Made by a program: the position numbers and the translations under genes
The notes under the pieces: generated by a model
What the model saw: only the letters and a program-made list of their open reading frames with translations
Databases searched by the model: none
Told to the model about the DNA's origin: nothing
Source of the DNA: Scyliorhinus canicula
Lineage: Eukaryota
Direction of reading: 5' to 3'
Assembly: GCF_902713615.1 (NCBI RefSeq)
Contig: NC_052162.1
Coordinates: 122,439,727 to 122,503,726, forward strand
DNA length: 64,000 nt
Part shown: positions 10,518-20,944 of the stretch, piece by piece
Position numbering within the stretch: position 1 is the first letter of the stretch
Layout: each line of letters begins with the position of its first letter

Positions 10518-11475
10518 ATGTGAACATTAGGAAAGAGACCATTCTTTTAGCCAAATAAATGTGTCAAGCTGAGGGAGCAAAGGATGTCAATGTCTTTAAG
10601 GGAGAGAGAGACCTGGGCCAAGCTTTGCAGAGTCTGCACCCTCCCTGGATTCACTTCCTTTCCCTTCAGTTGCTGTAAGTCCCCAATGTCCCCCCAGAAT
10701 GAGAAAGGAAATGGAAAGGGGGAAACACTGAGCTCCCAGATGAGGAGGAAATTTTGGTCTGAAACTCATTGTCCAAGTTTCGAATTGTGACGTCACAATT
10801 GAGTCCTGCCTGAATCAACCAATAACAAATCACTCTGCTCCACGGTGACGTCTGCGGGTTCCAGTGCGCAGTCCCGTCCTCTTTGTTCCCCCTCCCCCGC
10901 CACCTCCTCCAGACAAGGTTTCCAGGCAACCGGCTGAGGGCTCCCGCCAGAGCGAGAAGCCGCTCAGTGATCTCCCCCCCAGGTCCGGTACTGCGCATGT
11001 TCAAAGGACGGGGTAGGTGCACATGTGCAGGGAGTCCCCGCCCCCTTGACCCACATGTCGAGGTATTGACCAATGGCAAACTGGGAGGACCGGAAGGACT
11101 CTTCTCCGCCAGCCGATCAGAGTTCCATCATTGTCTGCCTGCGGAGTTTGGAAATTGCGCTTGTTGATCTGCTCATTCCTGCCCAGGAAAGCTGCTGCTC
11201 CTCACTCTGAATGAGCTTGAGCATCACACCTCCTGTCTCCAACATCTGTGAGTAAAACGCTTTATTTTCTTCCCCTTTCCATTTATTTTCTCATTTTCAC
11301 CTTCAGTTGATCACTTGCAGCAACTGAAGGGAAAGGAAGTGAATCCAGGGAGGGTGCAGACTCTGCAAACCTTGGCCCAGGTCGCTCTCTCTTAAAGACA
11401 TTGACATCCTTTGCTCCCTCAGCTTGACAATTTCTTGTCTGGCTAAAAGGATGGTCTCTTTCCCAATGCTCACAG
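10518..11475. promoter_or_regulatory. inverted-repeat-flanked CpG-island promoter cassette
   Basis: arms ~10518-10720 and ~11270-11475 are reverse complements; core has an 18-bp palindrome aattgTGACGTCAcaatt (10783-10800), NRF1-like tgcgcatg, CCAAT (11070), CCGGAAG (11090); donor GTGAGT at 11248, acceptor at 11648. Confidence 0.75.
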
Positions 11476-12006
11476 CTCTGATTCTCCGCCCCTCCGAATC
11501 CACTCCCTGAAGACGACATATGGGGTAGTGTTTGGAGACTAGGCATTGGGGAATGAGAGAGGGAAAAATGTTCCATAGAAACGAGAGTTGTCCATTCTGA
11601 AATTCTATCCTGCACTGTTTAAACTCATTTTGTAAACTCTTTTTATAGGATATTAGAAGAGGAGGAATTACAGACCGAAAACTCAAAAGTAATTCTCGAT
11701 GTGACGGAGTCACTCTATTCCTTGGGACCTGAATATCATTGGCCTTTGAATCTAGAAGGAGAAATGTTTATCTGTTCTGTCAGCTTCAAACTATTTGAAT
11801 CATCAGTGTGACTGGAAAAGCACCGAGACACACACACCCGAGTGAGAGTGTTCCAGAACACTGACTGTGCAAAGAGTTTTAACCAGTTACACAGCCTGAA
11901 AAAAAATCACACGATTAACAGCGGAGAGAGACCGTACACGTGTTCTGTGTGTGGACAAGGCTTCAACTGATTGTCCGACCTGGAGAGACAGAAGGAGACC
12001 CAAAAC

Positions 12007-12768
12007 ATGGAGAACCCGTGGAAATGTGGGGACTGTGGGAAGGGATTCAGATCCCCATCTGTGCTGGAAGCTCATCGACGCATTCACACTGGGGAGAGGC
12101 CATTCACCTGCTCTGTGTGTGGGAAGGGATTTGCTGTGTTATCCAACCTGCGGGCACACCAGCGAATTCACACTGGTGAGAAGCCATTCACATGCTCTCA
12201 ATGTGGGAAGGGATTCAGTGATTCATCCAACTTGCGGAATCATCAGCTAATTCACACTGGGGAGCGACTGTTCACCTGCTCTCAGTGTGGGAAGAGATTC
12301 TCTCAGATATCCCAGCTGAAGAGCCACCAACGGGTTCACACTGGCGAGAAGCCATTCACCTGCTCTCAGTGTGGGAAGGGATTCACTGAGTTATCCAGCC
12401 TGAAGAAACATCAGCGAGTTCACACTGGGGAGAGGCCGTTCACCTGCTCTCAGTGTGGGAAGGGATTCCGTGTTTCATCCGTACTAGTGAAACACCACCG
12501 GATTCACAGCGGAGAGAGGCCATTCACCTGCTCTGCTTGTGGGAAGGGATTTACTGAGCTATCCATATTGAAGAAACACCAGCGAGTTCACACTGGGGAG
12601 AGGCCATACACCTGCTCTCAGTGTGAGAAGAGATTCACTCGGTCAGACACCCTGCAGTCACATCAGCGAGTTCACACTGGGGAGAGGTCGTTCACCTGCT
12701 CTCAGTGTGGGAAAGGATTTATTCACTCATCCAGCCTGTGGACACACCAACGACTACACACTGGATAG
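12007..12768 (+). CDS. C2H2 zinc-finger protein, 9 fingers, no KRAB
   Basis: ATG at 12007 ([14 protein letters not shown]); nine CxxC..HxxxH repeats with TGEKP/TGERP linkers; decayed 10th finger after TAG. Confidence 0.9.
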   Translation: MENPWKCGDCGKGFRSPSVLEAHRRIHTGERPFTCSVCGKGFAVLSNLRAHQRIHTGEKPFTCSQCGKGFSDSSNLRNHQLIHTGERLFTCSQCGKRFSQISQLKSHQRVHTGEKPFTCSQCGKGFTELSSLKKHQRVHTGERPFTCSQCGKGFRVSSVLVKHHRIHSGERPFTCSACGKGFTELSILKKHQRVHTGERPYTCSQCEKRFTRSDTLQSHQRVHTGERSFTCSQCGKGFIHSSSLWTHQRLHTG

Positions 12769-13282
12769 AGGCCACTCGTGCTCTCAGCCTGGGAAGGAAA
12801 TATGTGATTCATTGCACCTGCTGAGACACCAACAAGTTCACAATTGATTACAGGAGTTGGATTCTGTTATTGTTTCTGCTCTCAATTACACCCAGGACTG
12901 CATTTTGTTCATTCTGACAGTTGATCAATGGGGACGATCAGACGGTTTCTTTCTACTGGACTGGCTGGTCTCACGACGTTGCCTCCAGTCTCATTGAGAC
13001 TTGTTGCAATTGCCTGGTTCTAAATGTCACGAGAATCACAGAGCGAAAGAGTGTTTGTAAGTTTGAAGATATTTAGTTCCCATTACTATTTGGAACCTCC
13101 AAAGCATGCCACCTTGCCATGGAGATGGGCTGTGGTGGTTATATGTTTTTTTTCTGTTTGATTTATTTGTGTGTTCCTCAGAAGAAAACTATGAGGGTGA
13201 GGGGCAAGTTGTTTGAAGTAGATAGGGACACTGATGGGAAACAGGGAATAGCTAATATTAAAGGAAATATTACATATTTACC

Positions 13283-14770
13283 AGGTGGTCAGTTAGCTCA
13301 GTTGGCTTGAAGTTAAAACTCACCACTATTCTTAGAATTCCCCCTATACCAAAAAAAAGGTTGATATTCTAAATGGTGAACAGGGATTCTCACTCCCTGA
13401 CTCCAATACAGGCTTCTGTGGGTGCTATTCAGGTCAAACTATCTTTTCAAGTTATCCCCCGGTATAACCCATACCTTCACCAAAGAATTTTACCTACTTA
13501 CCCCTTAATAGCATTGATGTCCTGGGTCCTGCGTTATTAAGGAAGTGAAGTAAGCTAATAACCACTTTTTCAGGTTAAGTTATTTTATTATTATAATTTT
13601 TTCTTTTAAAAGCTGCAAACACTTTCTTTACAGAAAGGTAAAAAGATCTTTCTTCTGGATGCTGCTGCTGGATGCTTCAGGCCCACCTTGGCAATCAATC
13701 TTCTTAAAATCTGGTCTTCTTGAGTTGTATTCGCTGGTGAACTCGGTTGCTGTGTCCTGTTCTTCCCATGCACCGAGCTGTGAGAGCTGGCTCTGCTCTA
13801 CCCTTTCTTCCGGTGGTTTATATTCTCTTTCGAAGAGTTATTAAGTTTTAACGACTTTATTGTAAATGGGCTTGTTTCACTTTGATAGTTTAAAAGTATA
13901 TTTGATGTAAACATCTTACTACAACTAATTATTCATTTTGGGCATAACGTCTCTCAGATCTGATTAAAAAATGCTTTGGTTTCAATAGTTAACTTTTATT
14001 TCTGTGATTTCGAATCGTTTAATTTTCCAATTGTCCCCAGCTCATAACTTTGCCTTTGATTTTGACTTAAATGATGTTTCTCGTAGACAGGTCGTCTCCA
14101 ATTTTCTTTTAATTGACTTGATGTTCGTAGAATTTTACACTTTAGAATTGACACCAAATTCGACTGGGCATCTTCCATCCTTTCCAGCTGTTTACTAAGA
14201 GAGTTTATTTCAATTAAGGTGTGAAACTTTGCTTTTAGCTGTATGCTAAAATTTAACTTGGTTATGACTTGAAAGACTTGCCTGTTTTAAACATTCGTCA
14301 CTTAATGCAATTGAAACTCTCATCCATGCTTTTTCAGATGCTTCCTGAGATAGTTACATTCCATGAAGGTGTGAGCCATTGTTTTAGCTTACCACATGAA
14401 ACCTGTGTGTCTGCGAAACCTGCTTGTGAGCAAGAATCTGCATTTTATAACCCTGCTCTTTGCAGCTGCTATTAACCTTTTGTGGGATCTTTCCCTGTAC
14501 CCTCTCAAACCAGATATTGCCAGACTTCCATGTTTCAAATGACACATTTTTATGTATTTTCAAGAACAGGCTGGTTCATGATGCGGAGCGATGCCAACAG
14601 CATAGGTTCGATTCCCATACAGAGAGGTTATCCATGAAGACCCTGCCTTCTCAACATTGCCACTCACCTGAAGTGTGGTGACCCTCAAGTTAAGTCATCA
14701 CCAGTAAGCTCTCTCTCTCTTAAAGGGGAGAGCAGCCTATGGTCCTTTGGGACTTTGGTGACTTTCATTT
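13283..14770 (+). mobile_element. tRNA-derived SINE (family C) split by a solo LTR
   Basis: head ggtcagttagctcagttggct (13283-13307) resumes at 14569; reverse-strand homologues at 23833-24052 and 32806-32998. Confidence 0.75.
13308..14568 (-). mobile_element. solo LTR (ERV/Gypsy type), 1261 bp
   Basis: TG...CA termini, 4-bp TSD ggct (13304-13307, 14569-14572); minus-strand TATAAA (~13820) followed by AATAAA (~13585). Confidence 0.75.
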
Positions 14771-14859
14771 TACAGAATACAACAAAAATAGATTCCTTTA
14801 AGGAACAGAAATCAAAGTTCAAGATCCCATTAGATCAAAGGAAACGGCTCTTGAAGTGA

Positions 14860-17205
14860 CCAAAATAGAAATAAGCCTGAGCATTGGGAACTTGTTTGGA
14901 ATTCAGCAAAGGAGAACCAAGAAACTGATTTTTCAAAAAAGAACACGAGAGCAAACTGACGAGAAACATAAAAAACGACTGGAAAAGCTCTGATAGGAAT
15001 GTGAAAAGGAAAAGATCAGTAAAGACCAATGTGGGTCCATGCCAGACAGAGACAGGAGAGTTTATAATGGGGAATAAGGAAATGACAGAGAAACTAAACA
15101 ATGTGTGTCTGTCTTCACGGAGGAAGATACAGAAATTGTCCTAGAAACGCACAGTAGCATTGTGGATAGGATAATCGCTTCACAGCTCCAGGGTCCCAGG
15201 TTCGATTCCGGCTTGGATCACTGTCTGTGCGGAGTCTGCACATCCTCGCCGTGTGTGCGTGGGTTTCCTCCGGGTGCTCCGGTTTCCTCCCACAGTCCAA
15301 AGATGTGCAGGTTAGGTGGATTGGCCATGATAAATTGCCCTTCGTGCCCAAAATTGCCCTTAGTGTTGGGTGGGGTTGCTGTGTTGTGGGGATATGGTGG
15401 AGGTGTAGGCTTGGGTAGGGTGCTCTTTTCAAGAGCCGGTGCAGACCCGATGGGCCGAATGGCCTCCTTCTGCACTGTAAATTCTATGAAACACCAGAGA
15501 ACCAAGGGACCAGTGAGCACGAGGAACTGAAAGAGATTCGTATTAGTGAAAAAGTAGTACTGGAGAAATTAATGTGGTTGAAAGTTAACAAATCCCTAAA
15601 AGCTGATGCGCTACATCCCAGAGTGTTGAAAGAGGTGGCTGTAGAGATAGTGGATACATTGGTGATCATCTTTCAGTATTCTGTAGATTCTGGAATGGTT
15701 CCTGTAGATTGGAAGGTGGTAAATGTAACCCCACTATTTAAGGAGAGAGAGAAAACAGGGAACCACAGACCCATTAGCCTGATATCAGTCGGAGGAAAAT
15801 TGCTACAATCTATTATAAAGGATGTGATAACATTTGAATTAGGAGCAGGAGTAGGCCACTCGGCCCCTCAAGCCTGCTCCACCATTCAATACGTTCACGG
15901 CTGATCTGATTGTAACCTCAAATCCACATTCCCGCCGACTGCCCAACAACCTTTCATCCCCTTGCTTCCCAAAAATCTATCAGCTCTGCCTTCAAAATAT
16001 TCAAAGACTCTGTTTCCACTGCCCTTTGAGGAATATAGTTCCAAAGACTCCCAACCCTCTGAGAGAAAAAAGTTCTCCTCTGCCTTAAATGGGCAAGTTA
16101 TTATTTTTCAAGTGACTGCAATTTCTAGATTCTCCCACAAGTGGAATCATCCTTTCCACATCCACCCTGTCGAGGCCCCTCAGGATCTTATACGGTTCAA
16201 TCAAGTCACCTAAACTCCATCGGACACAAGCCCAGCCTGTCCAATCATTCCTCATAAGACCAGCTTCCAATTCCAGGTATGAGTCCAGTAAACCTTCTCT
16301 GAACTGCTTGACATCATTCCTTAAATGAGAATAATACTGTACACAGTGCTCCAGATGTGGTCTCACCAATGTCCTGTATAACTGAAGCATAACCTCCCTA
16401 CTTTTGTATTCAATTCCCCTCACAATAAACAATAACATTCTATTAGCTTTCCTAATTACTTGCTGTACCTGTATACTCGCCTTTTGTGATTCATGCTCTT
16501 GGACACCCAGATCCCTCTGAGTCTCAGAGCTCTGCAATCTCTCACCATTTAGATAATCAGCTTTTTTATTCTTCTGGCCAACATGGACAATTTCACATTT
16601 TCCCACATTATTCTCCATTTGGCAGATCTTATTCCTTTCATTTAACATGTAACTTTTCAACCTCCTTATGTCCCCTTCACAATTTACTTCCCTGACTATC
16701 TTTGTATCATTGCAACATTTTTTATTCTTTCCACCCAGATGGCCAATTTCACCTTTTCCCACATGATTCTCCATTTGACAGATTTTTTTCCCACTCACTT
16801 AACCTACCTATGTCACTTTAGTCTCCTTATGTCCTCTTCACAATTTACTTTCCTTCCTATCTTTGTATAATTGGAACATAGGAGCACGACTTAGCCATTC
16901 AGCCCGTCGAGTCTGCTCCACCATTCAATATGATCATGGCTGATCATCCACTTCAATGCCTTTTCCCCCACACTGTCTCCATATCCCTTTGTGTTATTGG
17001 GATTTCGAAATCTGTCAGTCTCTGCATTAAACACACTCAATGACTGAGCTCCCACAGCCCTCTGGGGTAGAGAATTCCAAAGATTCACAACCCTCTGAGT
17101 AAAGAAATGTCTCCTCCGAGACCCGTCCTAAGTGGCTTCCTCCCTTTTTTGAAATTGTGTCCCCTGGTTCCAGACTCCCCAACCAGGGGAAACATCTCAT
17201 CTGCA
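14860..17205. mobile_element. cluster of decayed CR1/HER1 LINE fragments on both strands
   Basis: LHPRVLKEVAVEIVD..DWKVVNVTPLFK..RPISL (+) and RDLGVQ..KANRML..LYRTLVRPHLE (-). Confidence 0.85.
15149..15487 (+). mobile_element. HE1 SINE, near full length, inserted in CR1
   Basis: tRNA head with B box ggttcgattcc, V-domain, ttctatg tail; gaaac TSD. Confidence 0.9.
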
Positions 17206-17547
17206 TCTGTTGCCAGTTACTTTTGGCTGTCCTCAACAGACACAGAATACAAAGCAGCTGAGAAATGTGAAGAACAGATGATGAATGTTGCAGCATCGAT
17301 AGCAACCTGTCTTCCCATCAAGTGAAGAATTCTGCTGTCAGAGCCAGGCAACTACATATCACTGAATTGTTGAAGCTTTTCTTGTGTAATCTTGGAGGCC
17401 GCCCCAGTCTTTGGAAATCTAGGAGTTGGTAAATTTATGCTTGTGACTGTGACTTGTGAGAAGACTAAAATGGACTATACTTACTACACTCACATGTATG
17501 TTTGACTGTTGAAACATGTAAAATTATATTACAGAGTATAAGTTGCA

Positions 17548-18353
17548 TGTAATCATAAGAAATGTTTGAAATGAAATATGTTTTTAGAAAAACAAAGCCA
17601 CCTGCGTAAATAGCTGGTTCATTTTTTTGAAAAGGGCGGGGGGGGGGGGGTGATGATTGGAAGATTTTAGGAAAATTCGATTATAAGTTTATTGGGCAAT
17701 GTAAAGGTTAAAAGTGTGGGGTTAGAGTGTGATTCACTGCAGTGGTCCTTTTTTTATTTTAAAGAAGGATCCTGTTTTGCAGGACCTGGGTGTTTTTAGT
17801 AGCCAGAAGGTGAAATTGTTAAAGGAATGTGTTTTTCAGTCTGGGCTAATGGACTGTGGTTTGACTGGGAAAGTACTTGTGGAATTAATTTTCTTTGCAG
17901 CCGGCAGAGATCATTTGTTTTCCAGCTTGGGGAGATGAGGTCATTGCTGGGTGGAACCAAGGAAGGCAGAAAGACATTTTCAAAATCTTTAGAGAGCAGT
18001 TTTTGGAGAAAGATTTGGAGGGAGGAGTTCAATTATGGGTCCACAATTCTCCCATAGTAAGATAGATTGAGAGCTGTATCTTTCTTTTCCTGTTTAATGG
18101 GAGATTGAGTAGTCGTGTTTCAGTGGGTGACTGTAAGTTGTTTTTGGGTGTGAAGTTAAAATGTTTAATATTGGAGCCATAATAAAGTTTTATTTGAAAA
18201 ATAACCAAGCCCTATTTCTTCATGCGATCACTCCTGGAGTGAATCATTCTTTCTGCACAGTCTGACAAATAAACTGAAATATTGGGATTTTGGTCCAGTA
18301 TCCTAGCCACTGTTGGGGTCTGGTCTGCGATCGGAATAGTGACCGACGTAACA
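17548..18353 (+). mobile_element. possible solo LTR
   Basis: TGTAA..TAACA ends and AATAAA at ~18181; no TSD found. Confidence 0.35.
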
Positions 18354-18689
18354 ATTGGTTGGAGGCCCATTTCCCAGTCAGTCCTCCAGCACCTTTCTGT
18401 CTCTCTATTAGTGCGACGCCCATGGCAGTTTCCCAACTGGGGCACAGGTCCCGTTATTCTCAGCTAAATTCAGCCTCAGCTCTGTCGCTGCTTGTCATTG
18501 ATCATGAGCAATAGAGACAGAAAGGTGCCCAAGGAGCAAGTGGGAAGTTCAAACTTGTGGCTCCAAATCAACACTTCAACATTTGTCAGTTAAACCATGT
18601 TATTTATACTGGGTTTTAGTTATTAGATTTAGGCATCGGAGGCAAAAGGTGGAGGGTTTTAAAGTATAACTTTTCCTTTCTAGCTAGTG

Positions 18690-19137
18690 TCCACTATGGC
18701 TCAGGGGCAATACTGTCACCTCTGAGTCAGAAGGTTAAGACCCAGTCAAGGACCTGTGGACAAAAACCAGTTCCAACATTCCTGGTCCCAGCACTGAGGG
18801 AGTGCTGCAGTCAGAACAGCCTTCTTTCAAATAAGATGTTAGACTGAGGCCCTGTCTGCCCCTCTCAGGTGGGTGTAAAAGTTCCCACAGCCACTATTTT
18901 GAAGAAGAGCAGGGGAGTTATCCCTGGTGTCCTGGTCAATATTTATCCCTCAGTCAACACCACTAAAAACACATCATCTGCTCGTTATCACATTGCTGTG
19001 TGTGGGATCTTGCTGTGTGTAATTGGCTACTGCATTTCCTACCTTACACAATGACTACACTTCAAAAGTACTTCATTGGCTGTAAAGCACTTTGGGGACG
19101 TCCTGTGGTTGTGAAAGGCGCTATAGAAATGCAAGCT
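18690..19137 (+). mobile_element. Deu-domain SINE (SacSINE1-like)
   Basis: cagcactgagggagtgctgca..gaagaagagcaggggagttatccc body with L2-like tail tgtaaagcactttgg..aaggcgctatagaaatgc; second copy at 28250-28680. Confidence 0.75.
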
Positions 19138-19185
19138 TTAAAATTGAAGATTTCTGTTATCTGATCTTGTTATCTGGAACTTAAT

Positions 19186-20630
19186 TGATTTCAGCCACCC
19201 CAACTTACCATTTAATAAATTCAGACAACTTGAACCAATTAACGCAAAGGCAGAACCCTCTGGATACTAAATTTTAAAAGTTTATTAAATGAAAAAGGTT
19301 TACTGAACAACTTTAAGACATTGACTTTTCCAACTTCATGTGGGTGATCAGTCTGTAGCAGTGTAACCGTCTCTGGCTCCTTCTTTGACAGTAATTCTTG
19401 TGGAATTCAGCCTTGGGAGTCTGGCTTCTTCTTTGACAGTAATTTCCTTGGAACTCGGCCTCAGGAATCTTCAGTACTTGGCCAACAAAGAAGACCTTTG
19501 GAACCTCTACCTTTTATTCCCAAAGTATCCATTAACTCAGAGTTAGGCCTGTTGTGACATGATAATTGTCAATTTGGTCACTAGATTAATTGAATTGGAT
19601 CCCCAATTACTGACACCACCTTCTCTCATTATCTCAGACAGGAATACAATAGAACTGTTTCATACTATTCCTTTATCTGATTCTATACAATCCCTTATTC
19701 ATACAGTTTCAAATGTTGAGGCGAATCAGAGCTTGAAGGTCTCTCTTGCCAGTACATTTATCTTAATTTAACATTCTTTACATACACAGCAATTAAGCTT
19801 TTACATTTTTACAGCAAATAAAATTCAGGCTTTCACTAGAACTACTGATTCATGGTGGATTCTATGAAGGCTCATGAGGTATTACTGCTACTGGCTGGTA
19901 GCTAATTAATACAATAATCCAATTCATACATTTAGTTAATGCAAGATACACTAATTTAAAAAGACAATATGTGGAAGGCAATAGCTTTTTTCTTTTCTAA
20001 TTTTTTTTTTAATTAAAATTTTTTAAAATAAATTTAAAGTACCTAATTCATTTTTTCCAATTAAGGGCCAATTTTAGCGTGGACAATCCACTAAGCCTGC
20101 ACATTTTTGGGTTGTGGGGGCGAAACCCACACCAACACGGGGAGAATGTGCAACTGCACATGGACAGTGACCCAGAGCCGGGATCGAACCTGGGACCGCG
20201 GCGCTGTGAGGCAGCAGTGCTAACTACTGCACCGCCGTGCTGCCCTCTTTTTTTTCTAATCTTGATCAGGTTGAATAATAAACTTATTCTTGAGTCAGAC
20301 TTGGATAGAATATGATAGACTGCTATTTATCAGAATACTTTCTTTGTATAAATTATTTCTGCTAGCTCTGCAGTTTCGAAACATTTGGGTTTGTACAATC
20401 TTAATTTATAAAAGAACAATTCAGCCATTACAATTTGTTTCGTGAATTATAACTTAATCAGAGTTCACTGTTGCATAATCAACTGTTTTGTGACTAGCTT
20501 CTAAGATGAAGTCAATATGTGATTAACAAAGAAATGTTCCATAATCTGTGCTAGAAGCTAGATGTTACGAGTTTAAAATTACTTCCTTGACCTTGTTACA
20601 ATATGGTGTAAAAGTGACGGTATTATAAAA
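19186..20630 (-). repeat. unclassified LTR-like repeat
   Basis: homologous to 44314-45700 and partly to 28716-28975; minus-strand TATA-like and AATAAA motifs; carries a SINE at ~20010-20245. Confidence 0.45.
20010..20245 (-). mobile_element. HE1-body SINE with A-rich tail
   Basis: reverse complement of the family at 24281-24504; ttttctaat repeated on both flanks. Confidence 0.8.
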
Positions 20631-20944
20631 TTAATGGATTTCCCAGTCCTACCTACAGTTTTGTACATTACAACAATGACTATACTTAGCACTACACTCA
20701 TTAAGCTTCACCCGATGTCTGTGTATTTACATTGTGTATTATTATATTTCCTATCCTATGTTTTTCATGTATGGAACGATCAGCTTACACTTTATGCAGA
20801 ACAATACTTTTCACTATCTCAGTACACGTAACAATATATTTAAATCTAAGATCTAAATCTTGGGATATATTACAGTTGGTCCCCTCATCAAAAAGATTGA
20901 CAAAGATTGAGCTTTAATTTTGAGTAATATTTTCATTCTCTCTG

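Noticed and set aside
10518-11475. Promoter cassette as a Mutator/Foldback transposon with long TIRs
   Set aside because: No TSD or fixed termini. Arm homology continues outward into intron sequence in other copies (500-740 versus 63520-63730), which fits inverted gene duplication better.
11809-11811. Selenocysteine decoding of the conserved TGA
   Set aside because: The TGAs are not at Cys positions, no SECIS was recognised, and paralogues have TAA/TAG stops and frameshifts in the same leader.
15149-15220. tRNA-like heads of SINEs as tRNA genes
   Set aside because: A/B boxes are present, but there is no full cloverleaf and they continue into SINE bodies.
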